Shown here one piece after another: positions 49,545 to 59,024 of a stretch of 64,000 bases of DNA (positions are counted from its first letter, which is position 1; each line of letters starts with the position of its first letter). The translations under genes and the position numbers were made by a program. This stretch comes from Myxococcota bacterium (lineage in GTDB: Bacteria; Myxococcota_C; UBA6777). The DNA is taken from the NCBI GenBank assembly GCA_023150835.1, contig JAKLKB010000016.1:1-64000 (forward strand). Reading direction: 5' to 3'. The notes beneath the pieces were generated by a model. That model worked only from the letters and a program-made list of their open reading frames with translations. It was not told the origin of the DNA and searched no databases.

Positions 49545-51266
49545 CTATTCGCACTTTTTCGCGCCTGCTGCGGGATTGTACGCCTGCCCGGGTGGGCAGC
49601 GACATGTGCTGATCTCGTCTTGCTTGTACCATGCGTACCGAAAATATTGCACTGTGTTGTCTGTAAATCGCACAAACCCCGTAAACTCGTACTCTTTGGG
49701 CCGTATATTGACTTTTTTTACATAGCACTTGCTGTTTTCGCAACGCGCACCGCTTGTCAAACAATCTTCGACTTTCGTGCAACTTGTTGCGCCACCTGTC
49801 ATAGGCTCGTAGCATTCTCCGTTTGAGCAGATCCCACCCACAACCCCCTGACTTACACAATCCGCGTGGCTCACACACAATCGCGCTTGATAGCTGCTGT
49901 TCCATGTCTGTGTGTGGGTTCGCTCCTCGTTCTTCAACAATACGCTCTGTGAGTACTTCATCCAAGAACAAGTCGTCTCGATCGGAAGATCCCGACTATA
50001 CCGCCTTGCCGACAACTCATCGTAACACGAGCCTTTCAAACAGCGATCGCTCTCTTTGTCTTGACACTCCTTGTCTTGCGTACAAGCCGAACCCTCCAAA
50101 TCCAACCGCTTCTCGTGGCATTTGTTGTCTTGGCACACATAGCGACAAGACGCTGGATCTTTTGCATCTTTGCAATTGCCCGTAGGATCGCAGTCTTCGT
50201 CTTTCACGCACGAGGTCTCTGCGATCAGCTTACCCGCCAACCGAAACAAGATACACCTCGCAGGTGCTTTGCCTTCTTCATGCACACGAAACGGATAATA
50301 CACGCACTCTGGCTCAAACTGGCCTCGCTGCGCCTGACAGTTCTTGTAAGCCTCCTGATTCACCGCCTTAAAGTAGCAGTATTTTTGACCGTTGACTTCC
50401 AAACATTTTTTCGTTGCATCCGCATCATCCACCGCGATCCCTCGGCAATCGCTGTCTTGTGTGCAAGACGACGCCTGTCCCGCTCCGTCCTTGTAGCGGA
50501 TCACGCAGAACCCGCCCTCACACTTATCGCCCCCAACACCCGCACAATCCGCATCTTGACGGCACAGGATATCGTACTCACGATGTTGCTTTTTTAACGT
50601 ATCGCAGTAAGCCGCTTCGCATTCAAAATTCGCCGAACATACGACGTTTGAGAAAGTCACCAGATCAAGCTGCGTCAGCGGTGTTTTCGGCGGATAATCG
50701 TTCTTGATCACCAAACGATACCGCTTCTCAAGCTCCAACCTATCCCCCGAACCGTTCGCATCGCCACCGTGTAATTTCTTAACAAACTTTCCGTCCTGAT
50801 CGAGTTCTTCGACCAAAAACTCTTTGCATGTGTTGTTTCCAACGCGAAAGATCTTCGGCGCTTTTCCTGCCCCTTGCCCACAAGTCACTTCCAAAAGCCC
50901 ACACCCAAGGCTTTTGCTGGTGCATACACCGTTCACGATCTTTTCTGCGCTCACCACCTTAAACGTCTCGATCCCGCACTTCAGTTCGGCCTGTTCTCCA
51001 TTGATCGACAACGCGCAATTGTCTCCATCTTTTCCTGTATCTCCTTTGTCGCCTTGTTTGCCGGTCTCCCCATCGATCCCATTTTTCCCGTTGGTTCCGT
51101 CCTTTCCCGGACGCAGCACATAACTCTCTTCTCCACACTTCAACGTCGCTGTACCATCTCCATTCTTTTGTAACGTGCACGTTGGGCCGCAACCTTGCAC
51201 AAAGACCATCCCCCACGCGCACAACACAAGACCTGCGCACCTCAAACACCATCGCATCGACTTCAT
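49545..51266 (-). CDS. Collagen-like/Cys-rich lipoprotein, subfamily L copy 3
   Basis: VQGC; Gly-X-Y run GKDGTNGKNGIDG..; CxxDxxC inserts; GGAGG RBS. Confidence 0.82.
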   Translation of the reverse strand: MKSMRWCLRCAGLVLCAWGMVFVQGCGPTCTLQKNGDGTATLKCGEESYVLRPGKDGTNGKNGIDGETGKQGDKGDTGKDGDNCALSINGEQAELKCGIETFKVVSAEKIVNGVCTSKSLGCGLLEVTCGQGAGKAPKIFRVGNNTCKEFLVEELDQDGKFVKKLHGGDANGSGDRLELEKRYRLVIKNDYPPKTPLTQLDLVTFSNVVCSANFECEAAYCDTLKKQHREYDILCRQDADCAGVGGDKCEGGFCVIRYKDGAGQASSCTQDSDCRGIAVDDADATKKCLEVNGQKYCYFKAVNQEAYKNCQAQRGQFEPECVYYPFRVHEEGKAPARCILFRLAGKLIAETSCVKDEDCDPTGNCKDAKDPASCRYVCQDNKCHEKRLDLEGSACTQDKECQDKESDRCLKGSCYDELSARRYSRDLPIETTCSWMKYSQSVLLKNEERTHTQTWNSSYQARLCVSHADCVSQGVVGGICSNGECYEPMTGGATSCTKVEDCLTSGARCENSKCYVKKVNIRPKEYEFTGFVRFTDNTVQYFRYAWYKQDEISTCRCPPGQAYNPAAGAKKCE

Positions 51267-51349
51267 CCGCAACCTCCTTCGATTGACCGTTTCTTCAAAT
51301 ATCCCTACACACCGAAACCTACACGGATATCTCGCTGCCGCGTGTCTTC

Positions 51350-52720
51350 TCAGCGGCATTGATTATTTTCTGGATCAAACACCGTCCCTTCGGGGCAATA
51401 GCAACGTTGAATCACTTCATCCGCCGAAGCATACAGATCAAAACGAAAAAATTGTCTCGAACCATCGACGAAATCCACATACCCCGAAAGCTCATAGCGC
51501 GGATCTGCGCCGCTTCGCTTATCGAGACTTTCCCAGATCGCACGATTGCGCTCGGGTTCGTTCGGATAAAACAGCGTTTGTGTCGTCCTCACCCAGCCGC
51601 AAAATGAATTCCCGGGAAACATCCGCTCATAAATAATTTCTGTTGAGGCTGTTTCTTTTTTGCGAAATCTTCCTGAAAAACGAAACACCACACAACGCCC
51701 TCGTGGCTGTTCTTCTCCTTTGACCAGTTCATGCCGTGGGAACGGATAAAACGCACATTCATGCTCAAATTGTGCACGCGTTAATTCGCAGTAACGGCGC
51801 TTTTCCACGCTGACCTGCCGCCGATAACACACCCCACTTGCCCGCTCGCAAAAAAATCGCTCCGCCGCTTTCCCTTCCTCCAAACAATCGCTGTCTTGAC
51901 GACACACCAAACCACCCTTCTCTCGCCGCTCATAGCACAATTTGTTGCTTTGCAAACAAATTGTCTCTTGTCCTGCACAGGGCTGTTGGGCGCACGAGAT
52001 ATCGTACGTTCCTTTCTCTTCTAATTCTTGGCAATACTGCGCGTTGCATTCTTTGTCTTTGTTGCAATTCACATTCGAATAAGTCTTCAATTCGACTGGA
52101 TTTGCTTCGTAGCTCGCTCCGATCTTCTGCCCGATACGCAAACGGTAATACCGCTCAAGAACAAGCTGCTCTCCGGTGCGTGTCGCTGTCCCGCTTCTCA
52201 ACACGTTCAAGACTTTCCCATCGCTTGACGGGGTGCTGACTTCCGCTATCTCAAAAAAATGGCAGACCCCACCGCCTACCACAAAACTTTGCTCTGCTCC
52301 ATCATGCAAGCACCGCACGATCACTTGTTCGCAACCTCCCCCAAGATCCTTGCTTTCAAAACGGCACGTCTTTTCTGCTGATAACACTTCTCCGTTTAAT
52401 ACGATAAAACTTTGTCTTTCTTTCTGATCAAAACCTTTGCATCGTAGCACACCTGTTCGTGGATCTTGCGCTGCTGCAGTAAACGTGCAATTCGCCGCTC
52501 CTTGCGCTCCTTGGACTCCTTGCGTTCCTTTCTCACCAACCAAACCATCCTTGCCTTCTGTGCCGTTCGCACCCGACTTCCATGTATAGTCGGTTCCCTG
52601 ACAAGTGATCTGTTCCACCCCGTCTCCTCTCTTTTCCCAACGACAAGGAGCCCCACCACAGCTTTGCAATCCGATCCAAAAAACGCCCACAACACCAAAG
52701 CTCCACCACCTGACACGCAT
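51350..52720 (-). CDS. Collagen-like/Cys-rich lipoprotein, subfamily L copy 2
   Basis: LQSC; Gly-X-Y run; shared C.FYPF, FRFSG, QTLFY; GGAGG RBS. Confidence 0.82.
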   Translation of the reverse strand: MRVRWWSFGVVGVFWIGLQSCGGAPCRWEKRGDGVEQITCQGTDYTWKSGANGTEGKDGLVGEKGTQGVQGAQGAANCTFTAAAQDPRTGVLRCKGFDQKERQSFIVLNGEVLSAEKTCRFESKDLGGGCEQVIVRCLHDGAEQSFVVGGGVCHFFEIAEVSTPSSDGKVLNVLRSGTATRTGEQLVLERYYRLRIGQKIGASYEANPVELKTYSNVNCNKDKECNAQYCQELEEKGTYDISCAQQPCAGQETICLQSNKLCYERREKGGLVCRQDSDCLEEGKAAERFFCERASGVCYRRQVSVEKRRYCELTRAQFEHECAFYPFPRHELVKGEEQPRGRCVVFRFSGRFRKKETASTEIIYERMFPGNSFCGWVRTTQTLFYPNEPERNRAIWESLDKRSGADPRYELSGYVDFVDGSRQFFRFDLYASADEVIQRCYCPEGTVFDPENNQCR

Positions 52721-52748
52721 CTTTGCCTCCCGTCTCGAACCGTCTGTT

Positions 52749-54185
52749 CTATTCGCATTGCCCTGTTGTTGGATTGAATGTTTGCTTTTCAGGAGGACAA
52801 GAGCAGCTTTGCCAAAAAGCCTCTGCATTTGCATAAAATTCATGAAAAAAGTATTTTCGTGTACCATCCACAAACTCTGCAAACCCAGAGAAAAAATGCG
52901 AAGAATCGCTCCGTTCCCCCCGATCCACCGTTTCCCAGATCGATTTGTTTCGCTCAGTTTGACCGAGATAAAACAAAGTTTGGATGACTTTCACCCAATT
53001 ACACGGCGTCCCTCCAGGAGTCGCACGCGAATAAACGACCTCGCCCCCAGAAGAAGGCACTCGCCTCAAACCGCCCGAAAACCGAAACAACAAACACTTT
53101 CCCGTACCTTCTCCTGCACGATCCTCCGCAAAAGGATAGAACACACACAAACCTTCGACCAATTGTCCGCGCGCCAAACGACAATAGTCGTATTCTTTCT
53201 GCTTGATCTTCCGCCGATAACAATCCCCACGCAGCGCATCACAGAACACACGTCCCAATGCCAGCGCCTCTTTTTCCGTTGTCTCTCCCACGCAGTCTGC
53301 ATCCGTAGTACAACCAAAACCCGTAACTTTTTCATAACAAAGACCCACTTGTTTTCCTTTTTCATCCACAAATTCTCGGCAAAAGTCTGTATTCTCACCA
53401 CAGTCTGCTTGCACTGAAACCATCCGACAGCTTTGATCATAGGCTCCAATCAAGACGCGGGGAGGAGACGTAAATCGATCTCGGAAAGCCCCTTGTGTTC
53501 GCAAGACGTCACAATAGCTTGGATTACATTCGGATGCAGAATGGCAACGATAACGCGAAAAAGAGTACAGCCCGGGCGTTTGGGTGGCTTGTATATTTTT
53601 TGAGCGCAACGTGAATTGGTATCGCTCATGGATATCCAGCCCAGTTCCGGGGCGATTGGGCGCCCCGTTGCGCAAGATCTCGCCCGTTGCTTTACCGTCT
53701 TTATCGAGCTTTTCGATCGAAAAAGTATTACAAGAATTCACACCGATTTGAAATCGACTTTGTTCGCTACCTTCACCGCAGATCACCTCAAAGGCCCCGC
53801 AGTCCGCATCCAACACCTCAAATCGACAAGCTCCTGCCGCCTGAAAGCCATCCCCGTTCAAAACAACCCACTCTTTGCTGTACTCTTTTTCTCCTGCCCC
53901 TTTGCATCGCAACATGCCTGTTCGTGGATCTGTCTGAGAGCGCAAAAACACACAGTTGGCCTCACCCGATGGCCCCGCTTCACCTTTCCCACCATGAGTT
54001 CCCTGCGCCCCGTCCGGCCCCACTTTTCCTTCCGCACCGTCTCGAACGGTGTAGCTTACCCCACCGCAGACCCACGTCACCTGACCATTTGTACTCGACC
54101 AATTGCAGCGCTCGCCTTGGCATCCTTCAAACACCCAAAACAGCAGAAAAAAACACCACCCCAACCTCCTCCACACAACCATCAC
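52749..54185 (-). CDS. Collagen-like/Cys-rich lipoprotein, subfamily L copy 1
   Basis: FEGC; Gly-X-Y run; DPRTG.LRCKG shared with copy 2. Confidence 0.82.
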   Translation of the reverse strand: MMVVWRRLGWCFFLLFWVFEGCQGERCNWSSTNGQVTWVCGGVSYTVRDGAEGKVGPDGAQGTHGGKGEAGPSGEANCVFLRSQTDPRTGMLRCKGAGEKEYSKEWVVLNGDGFQAAGACRFEVLDADCGAFEVICGEGSEQSRFQIGVNSCNTFSIEKLDKDGKATGEILRNGAPNRPGTGLDIHERYQFTLRSKNIQATQTPGLYSFSRYRCHSASECNPSYCDVLRTQGAFRDRFTSPPRVLIGAYDQSCRMVSVQADCGENTDFCREFVDEKGKQVGLCYEKVTGFGCTTDADCVGETTEKEALALGRVFCDALRGDCYRRKIKQKEYDYCRLARGQLVEGLCVFYPFAEDRAGEGTGKCLLFRFSGGLRRVPSSGGEVVYSRATPGGTPCNWVKVIQTLFYLGQTERNKSIWETVDRGERSDSSHFFSGFAEFVDGTRKYFFHEFYANAEAFWQSCSCPPEKQTFNPTTGQCE

Positions 54186-54321
54186 ACCGCTCCCTTCGCC
54201 TTGTGACCGCTATTTCGCGAAACTCAAACGTGCCCACCACACCTGACACAAACACGACGACGCTATTTCGGCCCTTTCCAAAAACTATGCCTATCACTAT
54301 TTTCCTTATCCCAACACACAC

Positions 54322-54429
54322 CTCTTTGCAAACCCCACCAAACCATACCGCTTTTGACATTCACAGCCCTGCACAGGCGGGCGATGAGGCGTCACAACTC
54401 TTTGCAAGCCCCACCAAACCATACCGCTT
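54322..54429. repeat. 32-bp direct repeat pair (54322-54353 and 54398-54429, one mismatch)
   Basis: CTCTTTGCAA(A/G)CCCCACCAAACCATACCGCTT. Confidence 0.85.
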
Positions 54430-54647
54430 GGCCTTCGCCCTCTCTGCCGCTTGCTCCCCACAAAAGCGCTTTCTGCCTCGCGCCCACTCACCGCGAGATC
54501 AGCCCAGTACACGATCAAGCACGAAATCGTACGCGATCGTGCACTCGCCGCCCTCCCAGTCTTTTCAGCGTTGGCTCGTTAAAACCCCCCACATCCGCGA
54601 CATACCTAACGGCGCTGCCGCCTTTGGAAAACGTCTGCTCCTTTGCC

Positions 54648-54765
54648 ATAGGAGTGACGCAGTGGAAAAGGGAAAGCGTGAAGAATCAAACCATTGTAGG
54701 GGCGGTTCGCGAACCGCCCGCGCCCGAACGTTGGCCTTTTTCGTATCGAACTGCGTCAGTCCTAT
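54648..54765 (+). mobile_element. 118-bp MITE with ATAGGA-type TIR and GTAG REP
   Basis: ATAGGAGTGACGCAGT / ACTGCGTCAGTCCTAT; internal GTAGGGGCGGTTCGCGAACCGCCC. Confidence 0.8.
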
Positions 54766-54822
54766 GCCACAGAGGTTCCAACCAACTGCATCACGCCTCT
54801 TCGAGATCTCTATCAACACAAC

Positions 54823-54837
54823 AGGCACACGCTTTGC
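54823..54837 (+). promoter_or_regulatory. Candidate sigma54 -24/-12 promoter for the rightward triplet
   Basis: AGGCACACGCTTTGC = GG-N10-GC with GGCAC and TTGC. Confidence 0.55.
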
Positions 54838-55081
54838 TGAGGCCACACCCCACCCTGTTTTGGGTAAGTACCACTTGTTGCCAAAAACCCCGTGATCGCG
54901 CCACCCCAAGCGGTGGCGCTGCTGGTTTTTTCAAAACAACGCTCGCTCAGCCAAAACAGGGCCAAGAGGTTCGGGTCCTCTCGCAGTACCCCACCCCACA
55001 ACACAAACCAGCAGCGTCCATCTGCGCGGAAAACAAAGCGACCGCAGCCACGATGTCTTGCCGCCATCATAGGAGTTCTCG

Positions 55082-56380
55082 ATGAAAAAACTTCCTTTCC
55101 ACGTATTCTATACGGCAAGTGTTCTGAAATTTTCGTTCTTTTTTTTCGCTTTTTCTTTACTTTTTTCGTCTGTGGCTTGCTCTCCTCCGTGCACGATCAC
55201 CCCACGCACTGACGGAAGCGCAGAACTTCGATGCGGCGGTCAAACCTATGATATCAAAAACGGAAAAGACGGAGCCAGCGGAAAAGACGGAGCCAGCGGA
55301 AAAGACGGAGCCAGCGGAAAAGACGGAGCCAGCGGAAAAGACGGAGCCAGTTGCTCATTCAAAAAGGAAGCGGATGGAACAGGCACCGTGACCTGCGGAA
55401 GCGAACCCCCCGTCAAAGTCGCATTGCCCGAAAATACTCTCTTGAATGGCATCCCCTACCATGTATTCCAAAACATGCAAGACGGCTTCACGGTAGTGAA
55501 ATTGACCGAAAATGGCGTATACGACGGCGTTTTAGATCCCGAGAAAGATGTCTTTGATCTCACCAAAACTTTCGTCGTGATGTTTTCGATCAAATCCACG
55601 ACCTTCCAACCACGCTACAACAGAATTCTCGAAACCCCTTCGACATTGGTCTGTTCAAGCGACACGGATTGCCCGGCTGGAGGCTCTTGTCGAATCAAGC
55701 AAGTTTGCAAAGAAGACGGAGAATGCCTGCAAAGCACCGCCAAATGCGAGATCCCTCAAGGTGAAACACAAGGGTTTTGCAGCACCAATTGTAAAAAAGA
55801 CGAAGACTGCCTCGCAAAAGGAGCAACCTGTACCCAAGGAAATTGCACAAAGGCTTTCTGTACTGTATGCACCGATGACGTGGATTGCCCTGTGAATACG
55901 CGATGTAAAAATTCTCGCTGCGAATCCTCCGAAACCGTCAACAACATCGGCATCTACAGCCTCGCGAACGCCGTTCCCTGCGAAGGAACCAGCCCAGACG
56001 CGAAGAATCTTAGTTGCACCACAAAAGGCTCCTCTTTTTGCGATCTTGAAGAGAACAAATGCGTACATTTTCGACTGGCTCGCGAACGTTTAGACGAATT
56101 TGTCGTGCAGTGGTCAATGATCCAGATCATACCACAAAGAACTGTTTTTCTTCGCCTTCTCAGCTTCTGCGATGCCTCGATCGAATTTATCTTGGGGCGA
56201 AAACTCGATCCCGTTTTTTATCAAAAATTTATCTGGGGCAACCTCGGAACACCGGGTGTAGACAAGTTCCAATTTATCGGAACATTGAGTTTGCCGGGTT
56301 ATGGAAATAAATCACGATACACATGGCAAGCGCATTTCAAAACCGATGGATATCAAGAAAAATGCGGACTCGCTCCCTAA
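55082..56380 (+). CDS. Collagen-like/Cys-rich lipoprotein, subfamily R copy 1
   Basis: VACSPPC; (GKDGAS)x5 from a perfect 18-bp repeat; AGGAG RBS. Confidence 0.85.
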   Translation: MKKLPFHVFYTASVLKFSFFFFAFSLLFSSVACSPPCTITPRTDGSAELRCGGQTYDIKNGKDGASGKDGASGKDGASGKDGASGKDGASCSFKKEADGTGTVTCGSEPPVKVALPENTLLNGIPYHVFQNMQDGFTVVKLTENGVYDGVLDPEKDVFDLTKTFVVMFSIKSTTFQPRYNRILETPSTLVCSSDTDCPAGGSCRIKQVCKEDGECLQSTAKCEIPQGETQGFCSTNCKKDEDCLAKGATCTQGNCTKAFCTVCTDDVDCPVNTRCKNSRCESSETVNNIGIYSLANAVPCEGTSPDAKNLSCTTKGSSFCDLEENKCVHFRLARERLDEFVVQWSMIQIIPQRTVFLRLLSFCDASIEFILGRKLDPVFYQKFIWGNLGTPGVDKFQFIGTLSLPGYGNKSRYTWQAHFKTDGYQEKCGLAP

Positions 56381-56410
56381 TCAAAGCCACGACGCTGTAA
56401 TAAATAAGGT

Positions 56411-57601
56411 ATGCTCTCGATGCAAAAAAACACACGACGCTCTATTTTTACGCCTTCTTTTTTTCTCAAGATCAGCTTTTTGCTGCTTGTTCTGGGCGGC
56501 GCATCGTCTTGTGGTGCGCCATGCTCACTCAAAGAAAACGCCGATGGCAGCGCGTTGTTGACATGTGGCGATCAGTCCTACACCATCCGCAGCGGCAAAG
56601 ACGGCGCACAAGGCCGCTCTTGTGAAATGAAAGACAACCTTGACGGCAGCGCAACCATCGCCTGTGGAGATCAGCTTTATCTGATACGCAAAGGCCAAGA
56701 CGGTCTCAACGGAAAAGACGGCCAAAGTTGCAATCTGCGCGACAACGGAAACGATAGCGTGACCATCCTGTGCGGCACGCAAGAATATACCCTACCCCGA
56801 ACGACCGATACCATCAAAGGAATCCCCTACACTGTCTTTCAACAGCTTTCGGATGGTATTACGGTGATTCGCTTAAAAAAAGACGGCAGTTTTTCACATG
56901 TCCACGATGCAGCGAAGGACGTATTGGATCTCACAGAACCGTTCGTTTTGTTGTTCTCATTAAAAGTGCCTTGGGAAACAGTCTTTTATCCCAAAGTCGA
57001 GATCAAAGCAACCTGCACCACAAGCCAAGATTGTCTTGCTGTAGGGGCAGAGTGCCGCAATGGCCGTTGTTCATCTTGTAGTGCGAATAGCGATTGTCCA
57101 AATGATTCTTATTGTGCAAATGCAGAGTGTCGCAGTAACTTACCAGAAAATAATCCTAATTTCTTTATCTTAAGCCACCTGTCTTGCGATGGAGCCACAC
57201 ACGAAGAACGAAATGCGAATTGCAAAACCAAACAAATGGAGTTTTGCGATGAAGAAACCCGTCGTTGTGCGCATACAGATATGATGAGAAAAAGAGATGG
57301 ATTTAATCGACATCGTGTTGAACTTTTTTATACGCTACCTTATCGGCAAAATCTTTATTACGTGCAAGACTCCTGTAACTTTAGCAAGTTGTTGGCCGAG
57401 CGCAACATCGCTCAACCCATTATCGCCTCTTACTGGACTAATTTTGGAGACAAGGCGGGAAATGTGGAGATCGTCGCTCAATTTGGCAAAATCGAAAAAA
57501 TGGAGAAAGAGGGCCGCCCCTATGGCGCACAGATCCGCTATGTTTGGAAAAGTAAATTCAGCATCGCCAACTACGCTCAGAAATGCCTGACGTTGCCCTA
57601 A
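56411..57601 (+). CDS. Collagen-like/Cys-rich lipoprotein, subfamily R copy 2
   Basis: ASSCGAPC; three C..DGSA...CG hairpin units joined by short Gly-X-Y. Confidence 0.85.
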   Translation: MLSMQKNTRRSIFTPSFFLKISFLLLVLGGASSCGAPCSLKENADGSALLTCGDQSYTIRSGKDGAQGRSCEMKDNLDGSATIACGDQLYLIRKGQDGLNGKDGQSCNLRDNGNDSVTILCGTQEYTLPRTTDTIKGIPYTVFQQLSDGITVIRLKKDGSFSHVHDAAKDVLDLTEPFVLLFSLKVPWETVFYPKVEIKATCTTSQDCLAVGAECRNGRCSSCSANSDCPNDSYCANAECRSNLPENNPNFFILSHLSCDGATHEERNANCKTKQMEFCDEETRRCAHTDMMRKRDGFNRHRVELFYTLPYRQNLYYVQDSCNFSKLLAERNIAQPIIASYWTNFGDKAGNVEIVAQFGKIEKMEKEGRPYGAQIRYVWKSKFSIANYAQKCLTLP

Positions 57602-57700
57602 ATGGGCCTACGGGCCTACGCATCTTCTAGCGACTGGATTGGCCCACTCCACGGACACAAACACACGCAACACCTCTCCCAAATGGCAAGGAGTCTTTCC

Positions 57701-59011
57701 ATGTCGTGTAAAGAAAAAACCTTTTTAGTACGGTACTTACGAGCATTTTTTTTGACTTTCGCACTCGCTCTCTTGTTCGGAGCTCCCGCATGTTCGCCAC
57801 CTTGTACGCTGACGCCAAACGGCGACAAAACAACAACGCTTCGCTGCGGTGATCAAACCCACACCATCGCAAACGGAAAAGATGGAACGAACGGCCAAAA
57901 CGGTCAAAGCTGTGCGCTGAGCAACAACCCAGACGGAACCGCAACTCTGCGGTGTGACGACGGGAAAGAATACAAGATCAGCAGCGGAAAAGACGGAACA
58001 GACGGCAAAAGCTGCTCCTTAAAAGATCAACCCGACGGAACCGCACTGCTCACCTGCGGCACAGAATCTTTCACAGTACATCGCGGACAAGAAAAAGATC
58101 TTTTTGGCGTACCACAAAAGATCTTCGAGTCTTTGCCCGAAGGACTCCATCTTTTCTTGTTTAAAGAGGATGGTAGCTTTCAAAAAGTCTTTGACAAAAG
58201 CAAAGACACGCTCGATCTTTCAAAGCCGCACCTTGTTGTCGTTATCCTAGAAAAATCATGGAATCCATACTATACGCTACCCAAAGCAAGCTCGACTCGG
58301 ACTTGTATCCAAGATACTGAATGTCCTGCATCAGGAGTATGCCGTATCAAAAAGATTTGTAAATCAGATAACGATTGCCAACTATTTCGTAGCTTATGCA
58401 AGATCAATCCCGGTGAGCAAGAAGGCTTTTGCGAAAAAAATTGCCTATTCAACGAAGATTGCGAAGCCAACGGTGCCGTTTGTAGCACAGGTGTTTGCGA
58501 CAAAGGTGTCTGCTCAAGCTGTGCAAACAACAATGACTGCCCAACAGGTACATCGTGCCGAAACTCGATCTGCGAAGGCGAGATCAACACCAACCTCATC
58601 GCCTACAATACGAGCAACGTAGCGTGCGCAGGAACCACAGAAAAAGCCAAAAACGAATTTTGTAAAAACAACAGCCTTGAATTATGTGACACAACCTTGA
58701 ACCGTTGCGCCCACACGCGGTTGGCCCGCATTGAACTCGCAGAATTTTCCCACCAATGGGCGTCTTTCTTGGTGCTCCCCCATCGTCGCGTGCTTTGGAG
58801 GGTCTATGACGCATGTGTTCTTTCTCGGTACTTCTACTCACGAAAAGTTCCGAGGGATACCCTTGAACGCCTTTTTTGGAGAGCTTTCGGGGACAACCAA
58901 GGAAACGTCGAGTATGTCGTGAGGATCCCTGTGCTGGAAACGCAAACCAACGTGCGCTACGAACTCAAAGCGAAGATGACGCTCGGAGACTACTCGCAAC
59001 GGTGTTTTTGA
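57701..59011 (+). CDS. Collagen-like/Cys-rich lipoprotein, subfamily R copy 3
   Basis: PACSPPC; AAGGAG RBS; shared DG.F..V.D..KD.LDL motif. Confidence 0.85.
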   Translation: MSCKEKTFLVRYLRAFFLTFALALLFGAPACSPPCTLTPNGDKTTTLRCGDQTHTIANGKDGTNGQNGQSCALSNNPDGTATLRCDDGKEYKISSGKDGTDGKSCSLKDQPDGTALLTCGTESFTVHRGQEKDLFGVPQKIFESLPEGLHLFLFKEDGSFQKVFDKSKDTLDLSKPHLVVVILEKSWNPYYTLPKASSTRTCIQDTECPASGVCRIKKICKSDNDCQLFRSLCKINPGEQEGFCEKNCLFNEDCEANGAVCSTGVCDKGVCSSCANNNDCPTGTSCRNSICEGEINTNLIAYNTSNVACAGTTEKAKNEFCKNNSLELCDTTLNRCAHTRLARIELAEFSHQWASFLVLPHRRVLWRVYDACVLSRYFYSRKVPRDTLERLFWRAFGDNQGNVEYVVRIPVLETQTNVRYELKAKMTLGDYSQRCF

Positions 59012-59024
59012 GAGCGTGCAAACG

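Noticed and set aside
53687-54895. 402-aa ORF spanning the island centre
   Set aside because: It overlaps a real gene antisense, runs through repeats and a MITE, and has non-protein-like composition.
49545-59011. Phage tail-fibre or prophage origin of the collagen-like genes
   Set aside because: All have lipoprotein-type signals, and no phage structural, integrase or replication genes are present.
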